DNA of 64,000 nt. Source: Amphiscolops sp. MND2022. Taxonomy: Eukaryota. The notes beneath the pieces are model-generated. The model ran no database searches and was not told where the DNA came from. It saw only the letters and a list, made by a program, of their open reading frames with translations. This document shows positions 63,756 through 64,000 of the stretch, one piece after another. The stretch is taken from the NCBI GenBank assembly GCA_964187785.1, contig OZ076409.1, forward strand, positions 96,412,001 to 96,476,000. The letters are read 5' to 3'. A program made the position numbers and the translations under genes. How positions within the stretch are numbered: the stretch's first letter is position 1; every line of letters begins with the position of its first letter.

Positions 63756-64000
63756 CCACTAAAACACTGCAGTGGAGTTCACTGCAGCTGATAGTGGATT
63801 CCACTGCGGCCATCTGTGGAGTCCACTGCAGCGTTCAGTGGAATCCACGGCAGTGTTTTGTGGAATCCACTGCAAGATCCGAATGTTTAAGGTATTTGAT
63901 AGTGGAATCCAATGCTTTGCAGCGAAATTCGCTGCAGAAAAATCGCCAAAAGAGTGGAATCGACTGCAACGTAATAGCATTTGCTAGTGGATTACGCTGC

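Overview
This is AT-rich, repeat-dense eukaryotic DNA, probably from an invertebrate, with one 200-N scaffold gap. The only host gene I can support is the 3' part of an SLC18B1-like MFS transporter (+), whose last intron uses a GC donor. The window is dominated by one unusual Ty3/Gypsy LTR-retrotransposon clan present as four insertions. These are a 15.1-kb near-complete element (36163-51289, +, TSD GGGGG), a 6.6-kb internally deleted relative (5649-12283, -, TSD CCAAG), a solo LTR (24638-26419, TSD TCATC) and a truncated LTR (from 61559). In this clan about 190 codons of gag lie inside the LTR and read through the PBS, and an accessory ORF reads into the 3' LTR across the position where a PPT should be. 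The LTR starts with a conserved hairpin. The big element also carries an antisense gene of about 1270 codons with four predicted GT-AG introns that looks derived from a hAT transposase. The window also holds an old degenerate Gypsy element, a HINE/DINE-1-like family (7 copies), MITEs from several superfamilies, tRNA-like remnants and a 13-bp tandem repeat. All protein family calls come from reading motifs by eye, not from database searches.
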